Shown in pieces: positions 50,223 through 60,163 of a stretch of 64,000 nt of DNA. The stretch comes from Theionarchaea archaeon (GTDB lineage: Archaea > Methanobacteriota_B > Thermococci > Methanofastidiosales > SZ-28-30). Numbering within the stretch: the first letter of the stretch is position 1; each line of letters begins with the position of its first letter. The stretch spans positions 64,001 through 128,000 of the forward strand of contig JACVGT010000003.1 in NCBI GenBank assembly GCA_018992685.1, in the 5' to 3' direction. The position numbers and the translations under genes were made by a program. Below the pieces are notes generated by a model that saw only the letters and a program-made list of their open reading frames with translations, had not been told where the DNA came from and did no database searches.

Positions 50223-51251
50223 ATGAATGAGGAATCAGAGGTATCTGTACACAGGACTGTCCGTGATTTCACTGAGAAAGAGTGGAACAGGGTGGCGGGC
50301 AGTATGTTTCCTGAACGTTGCCATGGCTGGTATCGGGCTGTCGAAGATTCCCGGATGCGGGACTTGTACTATGTGGCGTTCAGGGAAAAGCGTACCCTGG
50401 CTGCAGCCCTTGGCTGCTATCCTTTTGTTGAGAAGCAATTCGGGATTAGTGTTCCCTTTCTTGAGGTGGGATGTCCTCTCGGCACAGCATCATCATTCTT
50501 CCCTCAGAACCCCGAGCATATTCCACCCCTTTTGAGAGGGATAGAACAGATCAGGAAACAGGAGAAGATCAGAGGAACACTGATTTTTGATCTCAAACAG
50601 GAAGAAGCTGATTTTGTCAAGGAAGGTCTTAAGGGATTCTCACTGTTCCGTGCACTGGAGAGAACGTACATTGATCTCGATTTCTCTGATTTTGACGACT
50701 ACCTGGATTCCCTCGATTCGAGTGACAGGAGGAGTATCAGGAAGACTCTCAATAGGGCTGAGAAGCGGTGGAAAATAAACCACGTTCTCACAGGCGAACT
50801 GTCAAAATGGGGGCACACTGCTCACCAGTTGCAGGGGTATCTGTGCGGAGAGCACCGTGACTTCCGTATGCATCTCAGTGAGCAGTTCTATGAAGCTCTG
50901 GAGACGAACATGAAGGGCTCAGCAGAACTGACTGTGTTCCTGAAAGACGACATACCTCTGGCCACTGGGCTGGTGCTTAACTCTCAAGAAGCAGCTGTCC
51001 ACAAGTTCCCGGGAATAGATCCTCAATACAGACAGTATCAGGCTTATTTTCTGCTGTACTACGAGGGGATCAGAACAGCCATTGAACGGAAGCAAAAAAG
51101 AATCTATTTCGGCACGACTACCTATGGTTTCAAGGAAAAGATAGGCTGCGGAAGAGAACCGCTGCTGGGGTTTGTCAAGTTCATGAATCCAGTGACCACT
51201 CGTTTGTTGGGACACTATCTTGCCTGGAGATCATCGCAAATGAATCGGTAG
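50223..51251 (+). CDS. FemAB-like double-GNAT protein 2
   Basis: Patterns 'EWN', 'FSDFDDYLDSL....R.SIRK', 'FY..L', 'YF-LYYE-I--AIE' and 'G-TTY-FKEKIG'. Confidence 0.8.
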   Translation: MNEESEVSVHRTVRDFTEKEWNRVAGSMFPERCHGWYRAVEDSRMRDLYYVAFREKRTLAAALGCYPFVEKQFGISVPFLEVGCPLGTASSFFPQNPEHIPPLLRGIEQIRKQEKIRGTLIFDLKQEEADFVKEGLKGFSLFRALERTYIDLDFSDFDDYLDSLDSSDRRSIRKTLNRAEKRWKINHVLTGELSKWGHTAHQLQGYLCGEHRDFRMHLSEQFYEALETNMKGSAELTVFLKDDIPLATGLVLNSQEAAVHKFPGIDPQYRQYQAYFLLYYEGIRTAIERKQKRIYFGTTTYGFKEKIGCGREPLLGFVKFMNPVTTRLLGHYLAWRSSQMNR

Positions 51252-51449
51252 CTCAGATTGTCGTTCTCAAGGAAAAGAAGAGAAAGACGAGAACCTGGGT
51301 TTCATTTGTCCTATTTGAGTGCGGGGACCAAATTGAAGCCAGAAGGATCAGAACACAGCTGCAAAGATGCAGAGTATCATTCCTATGCTCTCTGAGGTAA
51401 TTTGACGCCCTCCGGTAATATTATAAAGGTAACCTGCAAAGAACCCTCG

Positions 51450-52766
51450 GTGACAGAAGAGCTTACTCCAACGGAGATACTGGAACTGGAACTTCCTCCA
51501 GGAATAAGTGTCCTGATTGTCGGTCCTCCTGGGAGTGGGAAGACTATTCTTGCCCAGCAGCTGGTATATCGGGCTTTGAGAAAAGGAAAGTCTGCCATTG
51601 TAATGGCATCCAAGAGTCAGATTAATGCACTACGCCTGCAGGAGAAGATTTTCGGATGGGATGTTTCTCTGGACCTCAGCGAAGGAAGGCTGGGCCTCAT
51701 GGAAATCGAGAACGTCGGTGATCCAGCAGAACTGAATATTGGGCTTGCCCAGATCATACAGGAAGTGACGCCTCCTCTGGCCCTTGTGGTTGTGGATTCA
51801 TTGACAGTGCTGATGGTGGCCATGGAAGAGAGGAACATTATGAAGTTCACAGAAGGACTGGCCAGGAAACTTCAGGACCACAGAGTCAGTTCACTGCTCC
51901 TTGCTACTCCCACCAAGGAGACGGAGGATTTTCTCACCAAGATGAAGTCGCTGGTTTCGTCTGTCATCGAAATACGCCTGACTGAAATCGGGACAATCCG
52001 CAGGTACATGCGGATTTTCAAATTCCTGGACAGAAAGCATTCAACCTTATGGTACCCTTTTGAGATTACAAATGAAGGGATCAGGTTTGCAGCCTCTGCG
52101 GTAAAGACTCCAGATACTTTTCTATTTGATTTGGATGGCACCTTGGTGACCATGGAACTGGATTTTGTGAGCATCAGAAAAGAAGTGGACGACATTCTTG
52201 TCAGATGGGGATATCCTGGTGAGCTTCTGGATGAGGTCAAGTCCACGCTGGAAATCATCCAGGATGCAGTGTTCTACCTCAAGACTCACAACCAAGACGG
52301 AGAAGGACTGAAGAAGGAGGCAGAGACGTATCTGGAGCAGGTGGAGATGGAAGCTGCATCCAGAGCTCAGCCCATCCAGGGAGCCAGGACTGTTCTGCAG
52401 ATACTGAAGAAAAAGAAGAGGAAAGTGGGAATCATTACCCGGAATCATCGTGAAGTAGCATGTCGGGTGTTGAAGCGATGCAACCTGGAACAGTATGTGG
52501 ACCTTCTGCTGGCAAGAGATGATGTCGAACGGGTCAAGCCCCATCCTGACCATGTTCTCGAAGCTATAAAGAGACTGGGATCAGAGCCTGAGAAGACAGT
52601 GGTCCTGGGAGACCATCACTACGAGATTGAGGCGGGAAATGAGGCAGGCTGTTTTACCATTGGCGTCCTGACTGGGTCGGGAACCAGAAAAACCTTGAAA
52701 GATGCAGATCTCATCTTGAATTCTGTTGAGGATTTAAGAGAAGTATTTAGAACTGTGGGACGATAA
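51450..52766 (+). CDS. KaiC/RecA-like ATPase fused to HAD-family phosphatase
   Basis: N-half has GPPGSGKT, VVVDSL and R-MRI-K. C-half has FDLDGTL, ITRN, KPHP and GD---EI-AG. GTG start ~30 nt after TATA. Confidence 0.85.
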   Translation: MTEELTPTEILELELPPGISVLIVGPPGSGKTILAQQLVYRALRKGKSAIVMASKSQINALRLQEKIFGWDVSLDLSEGRLGLMEIENVGDPAELNIGLAQIIQEVTPPLALVVVDSLTVLMVAMEERNIMKFTEGLARKLQDHRVSSLLLATPTKETEDFLTKMKSLVSSVIEIRLTEIGTIRRYMRIFKFLDRKHSTLWYPFEITNEGIRFAASAVKTPDTFLFDLDGTLVTMELDFVSIRKEVDDILVRWGYPGELLDEVKSTLEIIQDAVFYLKTHNQDGEGLKKEAETYLEQVEMEAASRAQPIQGARTVLQILKKKKRKVGIITRNHREVACRVLKRCNLEQYVDLLLARDDVERVKPHPDHVLEAIKRLGSEPEKTVVLGDHHYEIEAGNEAGCFTIGVLTGSGTRKTLKDADLILNSVEDLREVFRTVGR

Positions 52767-53244
52767 TCATGTCCTGTTTTCCAAAGGCGGTGTACTGTCC
52801 TTGGAGATAGAATTTTCCTGTTATGGCGGCTACTGCTGCATCCAGTTCGTGGGGGTTGGCTGGGACCTCGTCGATCTCGTAGGAGGCAAGATCTTCCACT
52901 CCAGCGATTCTGAGGATTTTCTTTGCAGCATAAGGGTACACTTCAATTACCGGACAGGCAATGCGATCTCTTATTGCCATCCCTCTCTGCGTGAGAGACT
53001 GCATGCCCTTGAAGGTGAGAGGAAGTATAGGGAAGCGGGTTCGGAGTTCTCTGTCACCATCTCTGAAGGGCTTCCCATGGAATGAGAGAGGAGCATCGAT
53101 TGCTGCAAGATCAATGCTGTTCTCACCGAGTATGGTGAGGATTTCAGTGTCCTCGTATATGGTATAGAACCGGGTCCTGGCATTGAGGATACACAGTCCC
53201 GTAGGTCGAGATGCTACTCCAGCCAAATCTATGCCTGCAATCAT
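52747..53244 (-). CDS. DUF429 family (RNase H-like fold) protein
   Basis: Motifs GIDLA, AIDAPLS, IEVYP and HELDA. Confidence 0.85.
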   Translation of the reverse strand: MIAGIDLAGVASRPTGLCILNARTRFYTIYEDTEILTILGENSIDLAAIDAPLSFHGKPFRDGDRELRTRFPILPLTFKGMQSLTQRGMAIRDRIACPVIEVYPYAAKKILRIAGVEDLASYEIDEVPANPHELDAAVAAITGKFYLQGQYTAFGKQDMIIVPQF

Positions 53245-53351
53245 ATACTGAATGCGAGGGATATGGTAATAAGGATGTGTACACTATCTCAGGATTACGC
53301 TTGAAGAGGGAAACCGCAAACCATATATATGGAAGTTGTGTAGAAAAAGAG

Positions 53352-54692
53352 ATGATTAGCAAAGGATTGCTTCTGCTGGGCATTGTTATCCCTTATCTTC
53401 TGATGGTTCCTACTCAGGAAAAGATTACCATTACACAATTTGACCAGTACTATGTTTTATTGCCATCAGGGAATCTGGGAGCCACCTGGGACATTACCAT
53501 TTTACCCGAAGGCTATGTGAATAGCATGATTCTCCATGCCTTTTTTTCGAAGAGAGCGTATGTAAATGATGTAATTGTATCCGATGCTCAAGGCAGTCTC
53601 AACTCACGGATGATTGACAGGGAGGGCGTTCCCCTGATGGAAATAACCTTCAGAGAGCGACTGATCCAAGGAGAGGAATATCACTTTACGTGTGAGCTGG
53701 ATGTGTGGAAGGCCGTGGACATCGGAGAAACAGAAGGAAGTTTCACCTTACTCACAGGATACAACTTCCCCATTGAGAAGCTCAATGTCACAACCGAACT
53801 GCCCACGGGGTCCAAGTTGAGGAGCTACTTTCCCGCAGACGGAAAGGTGACTTCAGGAGAGAAATCTTCAGTCTTCTGGTCCATGGGTTCTGTTCCTGCA
53901 GGATACAATATCCAGATCAGTGTCTCGTTTGATCTCCTGTCTCAGGCTTTTGCCGACGGCTTATTCGCAGATGGAGTGAACCTTTACAACCTTCAGGATT
54001 TCGACAATGCTGCTGAAAAGTTCCAGCAGGCTGAAGACGTCTACCAATCACTGAACCTGCACCAGAACGTGACTGAGTGCAGCGTCTATTTGGATCGTAT
54101 TGAAGGAATGAAGATCGGACTTCCCGTTTTTGAAGAAGCTCTCACCCTGTATCAGAACAGAGACTATGCGCAAGCAGCTCTGAAGTATGCTGAAGTACTG
54201 GCCGTGTACCAGCTGCATCAAATACCCACAGACGACGTTGATGAATATATTGAGAAATGTAATACATTCGTTGAAGCCTACAGCGAGCTCGAAAAAGGAG
54301 ATGAACAGACTGACATGGGAAACCTCACAGAGGCTGTCAATCACTATAAGAAGGCCAGAGAGCTTTTTTCCCAGCTCGGGGATACTGTCATGGTTTCACA
54401 AGTTGATTCCACAATTCAACAGGTTACACAAGCTACCCCGCAGCCAGAGGACGCGCCCACTGAGAGGAGGGGAGGGAAAGGTGTGGTACTGATTGGACTG
54501 GTGGCCGTAGTCGGCATTGGAGTTGCATTGTATGTCATGAAGATGAAGAAGCCCACCCCTCTGCGTACTGAGGATGAGATTAGGGAAGAGATGCGGCAGC
54601 TTAAAGCACGATTTGTCTATGGAGAAATCAACAAGACAGAATATGAAGAACAACTCGCTTCTCTGGAGCAGCAAATCAAGGAATTCAAGTGA
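53352..54692 (+). CDS. Surface protein with beta-rich domain, TPR-like repeats, TM and C-terminal SHOCT-like motif
   Basis: Signal peptide, helical repeats resembling 257-1570, TM, and 'LKARFVYGEINKTEYE'. Confidence 0.72.
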   Translation: MISKGLLLLGIVIPYLLMVPTQEKITITQFDQYYVLLPSGNLGATWDITILPEGYVNSMILHAFFSKRAYVNDVIVSDAQGSLNSRMIDREGVPLMEITFRERLIQGEEYHFTCELDVWKAVDIGETEGSFTLLTGYNFPIEKLNVTTELPTGSKLRSYFPADGKVTSGEKSSVFWSMGSVPAGYNIQISVSFDLLSQAFADGLFADGVNLYNLQDFDNAAEKFQQAEDVYQSLNLHQNVTECSVYLDRIEGMKIGLPVFEEALTLYQNRDYAQAALKYAEVLAVYQLHQIPTDDVDEYIEKCNTFVEAYSELEKGDEQTDMGNLTEAVNHYKKARELFSQLGDTVMVSQVDSTIQQVTQATPQPEDAPTERRGGKGVVLIGLVAVVGIGVALYVMKMKKPTPLRTEDEIREEMRQLKARFVYGEINKTEYEEQLASLEQQIKEFK

Positions 54693-54901
54693 TTCTTCTC
54701 GATTCTGGGAAAAGGTGAAGGGAGCAGGTACACTCATATGCAGTTTTCCCTTTTTCAGCTGGTGAACTGAATGGAACTGATTGGAGTGAGTTGTAGTCAC
54801 ATATCCGCTAAAAAAAAAGATGAAGGAGGAATGCGGGGGTGATCTCTTTTTCTTGACCCTCTTTTTGCGAGCATTTTCGGTTACTGTGCCCTTATTTCTC
54901 T

Positions 54902-56749
54902 TCACAGCTCGTCAAGGCATTTTTCAGCCCTTTCCATGGCAGCTGTTGCCTGCAGTGCCCAATAGTTGGCTGCTATGTAGTTACTTTTTTGGTAGTTTTC
55001 TTCTGCGAGCCTGAGATATTCCTCGACCTGATTGAGCAAGTCTTCACATGGTGTTGTGTCTTTTCCTTCACTTTCCAGCAAGGCGAATTGCTCATTGAGC
55101 GATTCCAGAATGTTTCGTGCTTCTTGTATTCGATTATTGGCCAGCGTCTGGATTTGTTGGTTGCTGTCGGTGGGTTTGGTGATTAGCTGGGCGGCACCAG
55201 GAATTGCGACTTTGTTCGAAATTGCCAGGGGAGAAAATACTGTTTCAGAAGAAACGCTGTCTGTCCCCGAAGCATTGCCTGAGAATAGTACTACACCTCC
55301 AGTACTCCCTGAAAAAACGGTGTATTCCCAGACGAAGTTGACAGACTGACCGCTCACCAGATCAGCCTTAACCGGAGCAGGCCCTGAACTCAGTGCTGCT
55401 GAAGCTGTTCCTATGGTGATTACTGTTAAAGGAGAAGGAGTGACAGCAGTTATTGTGACACCTGAGAGGTTCGTTACTTCCATTGTGACAGTCACCGTAT
55501 CACCAGAGAGAGCGAGGTCGGGCTCTGCAACCAGTGTTGCACTCAGCGGATAGGTGGCACTGTAGTACTGTTTGAGGAACTCATCCCAGAATGTATTCTC
55601 TGCCAGCGCAGTGGACGTTTCATAGCTTGATTGGTATCCCGTGGATGTTGAGGGAAAGTAGATGGACATCCCATGGGCATTACGGCTCCCGTATCCGTGA
55701 CCTTCTGCAACCACCGCTTGATCTATGGCTTTCATCACCTGGCCAGCATCGCGCTGAAGCGTGGGATGAGGTACAGAACTGGCTATGAGCTGAGCGAAAT
55801 GGTATAGATCAATGTAGTCTAAATCTGAAAACGCTTCTGCTTGAGTTCTGGCTGCTTGAATGAGTGGTTCATATCCTTTTGCTCCAGCCAGATGTTGGGC
55901 AAATACATTCAGTGATTCCACGACCGTGCTGGTGGGGTTTAGATGTGCTGCAGACTGCGTTTCTGGTCCCAGTCTTCCGTAAAAATTGACGTATGTTTCT
56001 ACTATCTTGCTGCAAACAGCTTCCAAGGAAGCCTCAGGAGTATTGACCAAATAGTCTAGGAATCCTATGTAGTCCCAGCCGTCTCCCGGTTCATATTCTT
56101 CTGAACCCACAGCAAAGTGAGCGAAGGGTAAAATCTCATGATCGACTTCCACCATAGCCATAAAGCAGGCATCGAATCCCACAATATCCAGCGGACAGTC
56201 CCCATTGCAGGTGATACTGTCCAGAGCCGTTCTTACCTCGGACAATGAAAGCTCGTCACTATCGGTGTCGTCAACGCACACTGCCCTGACCGGGGCTGGG
56301 ACTCCCTTCCATCCAGATCCATGATCCCAGAATACGAGCAGGTAGTGATCTGCTGAATAATTGGTCTGGGCCCACTGTACAAAATCCACTAGTGTATTAG
56401 GGTTTCCCATATTGACTTCGCCCAGGTCGCCAACCAGCTCGGAGGTAATGAGCGTATCGTACCCGTTCGTATCACGGGTAACACGGTATCTCTTGGCAGT
56501 TTCCCAGTCTCCATTGGAGTTGTCATAATCGTCATGTCGATCAATTTGCACGACAATGTTGACTTTGGATGTTGAGCCGACAGCTTCCATCTCGTTGAGA
56601 TCATCGATGGCAGAAGGCTCCAGGTTGTTGTCTCCGTCCATGTACACCATGACTGTCCAGTTGGCTGTTGCATGAAGGGGAAAAGGGGCTACAGAAATCA
56701 GAATGCAGAATAAAAGAGGGGCAACTACGGTCAATTTCTTGCTGTACAT
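54902..56749 (-). CDS. Secreted clostripain-family (C11) cysteine peptidase with C-terminal Ig-like and helical domains
   Basis: Motifs WTVMVYMDGDNNLE, NMG-P-TL--F, WDHGSGW (catalytic His), FDACFM (catalytic Cys) and SEE-EPG-GW. Confidence 0.92.
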   Translation of the reverse strand: MYSKKLTVVAPLLFCILISVAPFPLHATANWTVMVYMDGDNNLEPSAIDDLNEMEAVGSTSKVNIVVQIDRHDDYDNSNGDWETAKRYRVTRDTNGYDTLITSELVGDLGEVNMGNPNTLVDFVQWAQTNYSADHYLLVFWDHGSGWKGVPAPVRAVCVDDTDSDELSLSEVRTALDSITCNGDCPLDIVGFDACFMAMVEVDHEILPFAHFAVGSEEYEPGDGWDYIGFLDYLVNTPEASLEAVCSKIVETYVNFYGRLGPETQSAAHLNPTSTVVESLNVFAQHLAGAKGYEPLIQAARTQAEAFSDLDYIDLYHFAQLIASSVPHPTLQRDAGQVMKAIDQAVVAEGHGYGSRNAHGMSIYFPSTSTGYQSSYETSTALAENTFWDEFLKQYYSATYPLSATLVAEPDLALSGDTVTVTMEVTNLSGVTITAVTPSPLTVITIGTASAALSSGPAPVKADLVSGQSVNFVWEYTVFSGSTGGVVLFSGNASGTDSVSSETVFSPLAISNKVAIPGAAQLITKPTDSNQQIQTLANNRIQEARNILESLNEQFALLESEGKDTTPCEDLLNQVEEYLRLAEENYQKSNYIAANYWALQATAAMERAEKCLDEL

Positions 56750-56944
56750 CTTTTTCCTCCTATTCATCTTATTCTTCTAATAAGGATTAGTATCTTTATA
56801 AAGCTTTCGGTAATAAGTAAGAATTCCATGTGATTTTCAACGATACTTCAAGATTTGCAAGTTCAAATTTTGAGAAAAGTTCTCACATAGCTGCAAGATA
56901 TGTAATAGTAGAAGTTCATGCATGATTAGGTCTGGTCAGAAAAT

Positions 56945-57349
56945 TCAGTCGACGTGAGAAAGAGTAATATGCATCTTCTGACGAGGATTCTTCATCTTGC
57001 TGATGAGATCCCTATTGAGGTCGATGGCAGCTTTTGAAGCATGTATCAAGAGAGTTCGGGGGCACAGGAATGAACTCTTTCTTAGTATGATTGCTCTCGT
57101 ATCGGTGAATTGCAGGGAAGGATGGATGAAGCCAGTAATTCTTTCCACTATACCGCCTGCTGCGATCACAAGTGTGACATGTGAATTCTTCAGAGAGAGC
57201 AACTCGTCTCTTAGATCGGACAATGCGTGAGAGGCACGAACTCCTATGATGCAGTCTCCTTTTCTGGTAAGCCAGTCCTCCGTGGTGACTTCGATAGTGG
57301 TACGGTGCAGGGCTAACATATTTGGATGGCCGTATGCTGTAATGTCCAT
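56945..57349 (-). CDS. DUF371 family protein
   Basis: Motifs GHPN--A-H-TT-E-T, LT-KGDCIIGV, RKS-F---RT and KAA-DL-R. Confidence 0.9.
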   Translation of the reverse strand: MDITAYGHPNMLALHRTTIEVTTEDWLTRKGDCIIGVRASHALSDLRDELLSLKNSHVTLVIAAGGIVERITGFIHPSLQFTDTRAIILRKSSFLCPRTLLIHASKAAIDLNRDLISKMKNPRQKMHITLSHVD

Positions 57350-57399
57350 GAACCCTGTTGGGACAAAGGCTTAAATCTATTGCTCTTCTACGCACTGGC

Positions 57400-58194
57400 A
57401 TGATACGGAAGGCCGTCGGAGCCGATGAGGAGGATCTGAGACGACTGTGTATGGCTGTGAATGAAAAGGATTACGTTCTGAACCTTCTGTCCGGGTGGCT
57501 GAAGGAGGGTTCGTTGTGCGTACACGAGAAGGAAGGGGCCATTGTGGGCATGATACGGTGCACCTCTTCCAGAGATCATCAGGGACACCTCGGCGCAGTG
57601 AGAGTTCATCCCCGACACCGGAGACGGGGCATTGCAGCTGCCTTGACTGAGCACTGCATTGCACAATGCCGGGCTCCAGTGGTCAGGCTGGCCGTTGTGG
57701 ACAACGAAGCCAGCGAGAACCTCGCCAGAAAGATGGGATTCACCCAGGTGGCAGTGTTCACTCCACTCACTCACCCTCTTCTGGATGTGTCTCCCGTGTC
57801 ATACAGAGCAGGGACAGGAAAAGAGGCCCTCCGCCTACTCAGAACCTCCGGAATGTTCAAAGAGAACGCTTCTCTGCTTTCCACCAGTTTCATGTTCTAT
57901 ACTCCAACAGAGGAGCTCTTGGATCCCCTCTTTGTTGCAATGAGTCAAGACCAGGAGCATCTGATAGTAGTTGATTTTATGGTTGAAGAGGCTTTGGGAT
58001 ATGCATCGCAGATTGCCTACTGTGATTGTGACCCTCAGCTTGTTCGCGCAGCCCTCTATGAGTCCCAAGAGAGAGGCATGAAAGAGGTCTGGGCAATCAT
58101 CCCCAAGAAAGACACGGTGGTGAATATGTTGACAGCACTTGGATTCGAGGGGCGGGGAAAGACCATCAAAGTGTTCGAAAGGCAAGCAGAATGA
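57400..58194 (+). CDS. GNAT acetyltransferase
   Basis: Motifs RVHPRHRRRGIA and N-AS--LA-KMGF. Confidence 0.88.
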   Translation: MIRKAVGADEEDLRRLCMAVNEKDYVLNLLSGWLKEGSLCVHEKEGAIVGMIRCTSSRDHQGHLGAVRVHPRHRRRGIAAALTEHCIAQCRAPVVRLAVVDNEASENLARKMGFTQVAVFTPLTHPLLDVSPVSYRAGTGKEALRLLRTSGMFKENASLLSTSFMFYTPTEELLDPLFVAMSQDQEHLIVVDFMVEEALGYASQIAYCDCDPQLVRAALYESQERGMKEVWAIIPKKDTVVNMLTALGFEGRGKTIKVFERQAE

Positions 58195-58298
58195 ATCACT
58201 TTGCTTGGAATACATGTTTTCTTTCTTCTGTGTTATCTTGGATCACTTTCATAGAAAGCTATATATAGGGAAGACTGAACACAGTACGAGGTGTTTGC

Positions 58299-58601
58299 AT
58301 GCCGGAGAAGAAAACGAAGCAAGAAGTGAAAGATGAAGACGTCGTGTACATCGGTAGAAAGCCGGTGATGAGCTACGTGCTCGCTGCCGTAACTCAGTTC
58401 AATATTGGAAATTCAAACAAGGTGGTGCTCAAGGCCAGAGGGAGGGCTATATCCAAAGCTGTCGACGTGTCTGAGATTGTCAGGAACAAGTTCATTCAAG
58501 AGCTCAAGGTCGATGACATAAAGATCGGGACAGAGGAGGTCAAGCGCGAAGACGGGTCTGCATCAAATGTGTCCTCCATTGAGATCTACATGTCGAAGTA
58601 G
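58299..58601 (+). CDS. albA: DNA/RNA-binding protein Alba
   Basis: Motifs [22 protein letters not shown] and VSSIEI. Confidence 0.97.
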   Translation: MPEKKTKQEVKDEDVVYIGRKPVMSYVLAAVTQFNIGNSNKVVLKARGRAISKAVDVSEIVRNKFIQELKVDDIKIGTEEVKREDGSASNVSSIEIYMSK

Positions 58602-58800
58602 TCCACCTCATCATATTTCCTTTTTAATTCTTTCCTTTTCCTGGAGCCAGTGGCATGTGATTCCGAACTGCAATATGATTCTACTTATTCTCTCACTGTC
58701 TGGGGAGGTACCAGATTCTTCTCACGTCCAATGATCTGGCTTTTCCACAGTGGCAGTGATGAGAGTAAACCTTTTTATTTCCACCAAAGAAACCACACCC

Positions 58801-59754
58801 ATGATGCGAGGAAAACTGGACCCAGAAAGGCTCAAGAATCTTGTTATGCCTTATCTGGGAGCACTGAACCCCATGGTTTGTGTTCCTCCGAGGCTAGGTG
58901 AGGATGCTGCAGTGATAGACCTGGGCTGCACGTACCTAGTACTCGCTTCAGACCCCATTACCGGAGCAATAGATAATATCGGCATGTATTCCGTCAATGT
59001 GAATGCTAACGATGTAGCCTGTATGGGGGGGACTCCTCAATTCTTCTTGTCTGTGATATTACTCCCTGAGGCTTATACTGATAGCCAGCTGCAAAAGATA
59101 GCTTCAGATATCTCAAACGAGGCCAAGACCCTCAATGTGGCCATTGTGGGGGGACATACAGAGACCTTTCCCTTTGATGACCCAATAGTAGTGGGGACAA
59201 TGGTGGGAACCACTGATACTGTTGTCACGTCTGCAGGAGCACATTTTGGTGATAATATTCTCCTCACAAAGGGAGCAGCAATTGAAGGAACCAGTATTCT
59301 TGCCACAGATTTGTATGACGTGCTCAAAGAGAAGGTAGACCTCCATCTCCTGAAGAGGGCACAGAAGTACCTCGCGCGAATTTCAGTGGTAGAGGAAGCC
59401 TTGCTTTCCAGAGAATACGCTACAGCCATGCATGATCCCACAGAAGGAGGAATTGCAGGGGCTTTGAATGAACTTGCCGATGCCTCCAAGGTCGGGTTCT
59501 CTGTGGACACGGACAAGATTCCAGTGTCTCAGGAGACGAGGGCTATCTGTTCTGCACTCTCTGTAGACCCACTGAGGCTCATCAGTTCAGGTTCACTGCT
59601 CATCACCGTTCCGAAAAATACCACTCCCGATCTTGTGGAGTCGCTGAAAAAGAACGGAATACCGGTTGCCATAATTGGTGAAATCACAGAGGGCAGAAAT
59701 CTTGAACCTGCAAAACAGGATGAATTGTGGCGAATACTTGAAGAGTCTCCATAG
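58801..59754 (+). CDS. AIR-synthase/HypE-related (PurM-like) protein
   Basis: Motifs GKL, GEDAAV, DPITG, NANDVA, GGHTE, MHDPTEGG and SSGSL. Confidence 0.88.
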   Translation: MMRGKLDPERLKNLVMPYLGALNPMVCVPPRLGEDAAVIDLGCTYLVLASDPITGAIDNIGMYSVNVNANDVACMGGTPQFFLSVILLPEAYTDSQLQKIASDISNEAKTLNVAIVGGHTETFPFDDPIVVGTMVGTTDTVVTSAGAHFGDNILLTKGAAIEGTSILATDLYDVLKEKVDLHLLKRAQKYLARISVVEEALLSREYATAMHDPTEGGIAGALNELADASKVGFSVDTDKIPVSQETRAICSALSVDPLRLISSGSLLITVPKNTTPDLVESLKKNGIPVAIIGEITEGRNLEPAKQDELWRILEESP

Positions 59755-59763
59755 AATTTATGA

Positions 59764-59991
59764 TCAAATGGCAATCATCGTAGAAGTCATCTGAACAGAT
59801 GGGATGGTTCTCACATTTTCTGTAATAAAGGTATCCAGTTTCTTCAGTTCATCAACAGTGATCTTGGCAATGACATCATACTCCCCGTACACCACGTAGG
59901 CTTCTTCCACATAAGGCATACTTTTCATCTTCTGGACAACCTCTCTTTCTTTTCCTGCGTCTGTCACGCACAGTACAAATGCTGTAACCAT
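59764..59991 (-). CDS. Stand-alone Lrp/AsnC ligand-binding (RAM) domain protein
   Basis: Motifs AFVL----G-E, VYGEYD-IAK and T-TMI. SD GGTGA. Confidence 0.9.
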   Translation of the reverse strand: MVTAFVLCVTDAGKEREVVQKMKSMPYVEEAYVVYGEYDVIAKITVDELKKLDTFITENVRTIPSVQMTSTMIAI

Positions 59992-60163
59992 GTTCTCACC
60001 AGATGTGAGGGGTTTCCTGTACTTATAAACCTTTTGATTTCCAGTTCCAAAGTCCTACTGAAGTGATCTCTCTCGTTCTCGAAACATAAACCCTCTGGAA
60101 AGCTGCAGCACCCGGATTCGGACCATACGTGAATTGAATCGACAGACACTCTCAATTTCCCTC

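Noticed and set aside
59964-60155. 63-aa Cys-containing ORF downstream of the wHTH regulator as a cognate peptide
   Set aside because: It crosses the promoter and start of the Lrp-domain gene, and has a weak start with no signal-like features.
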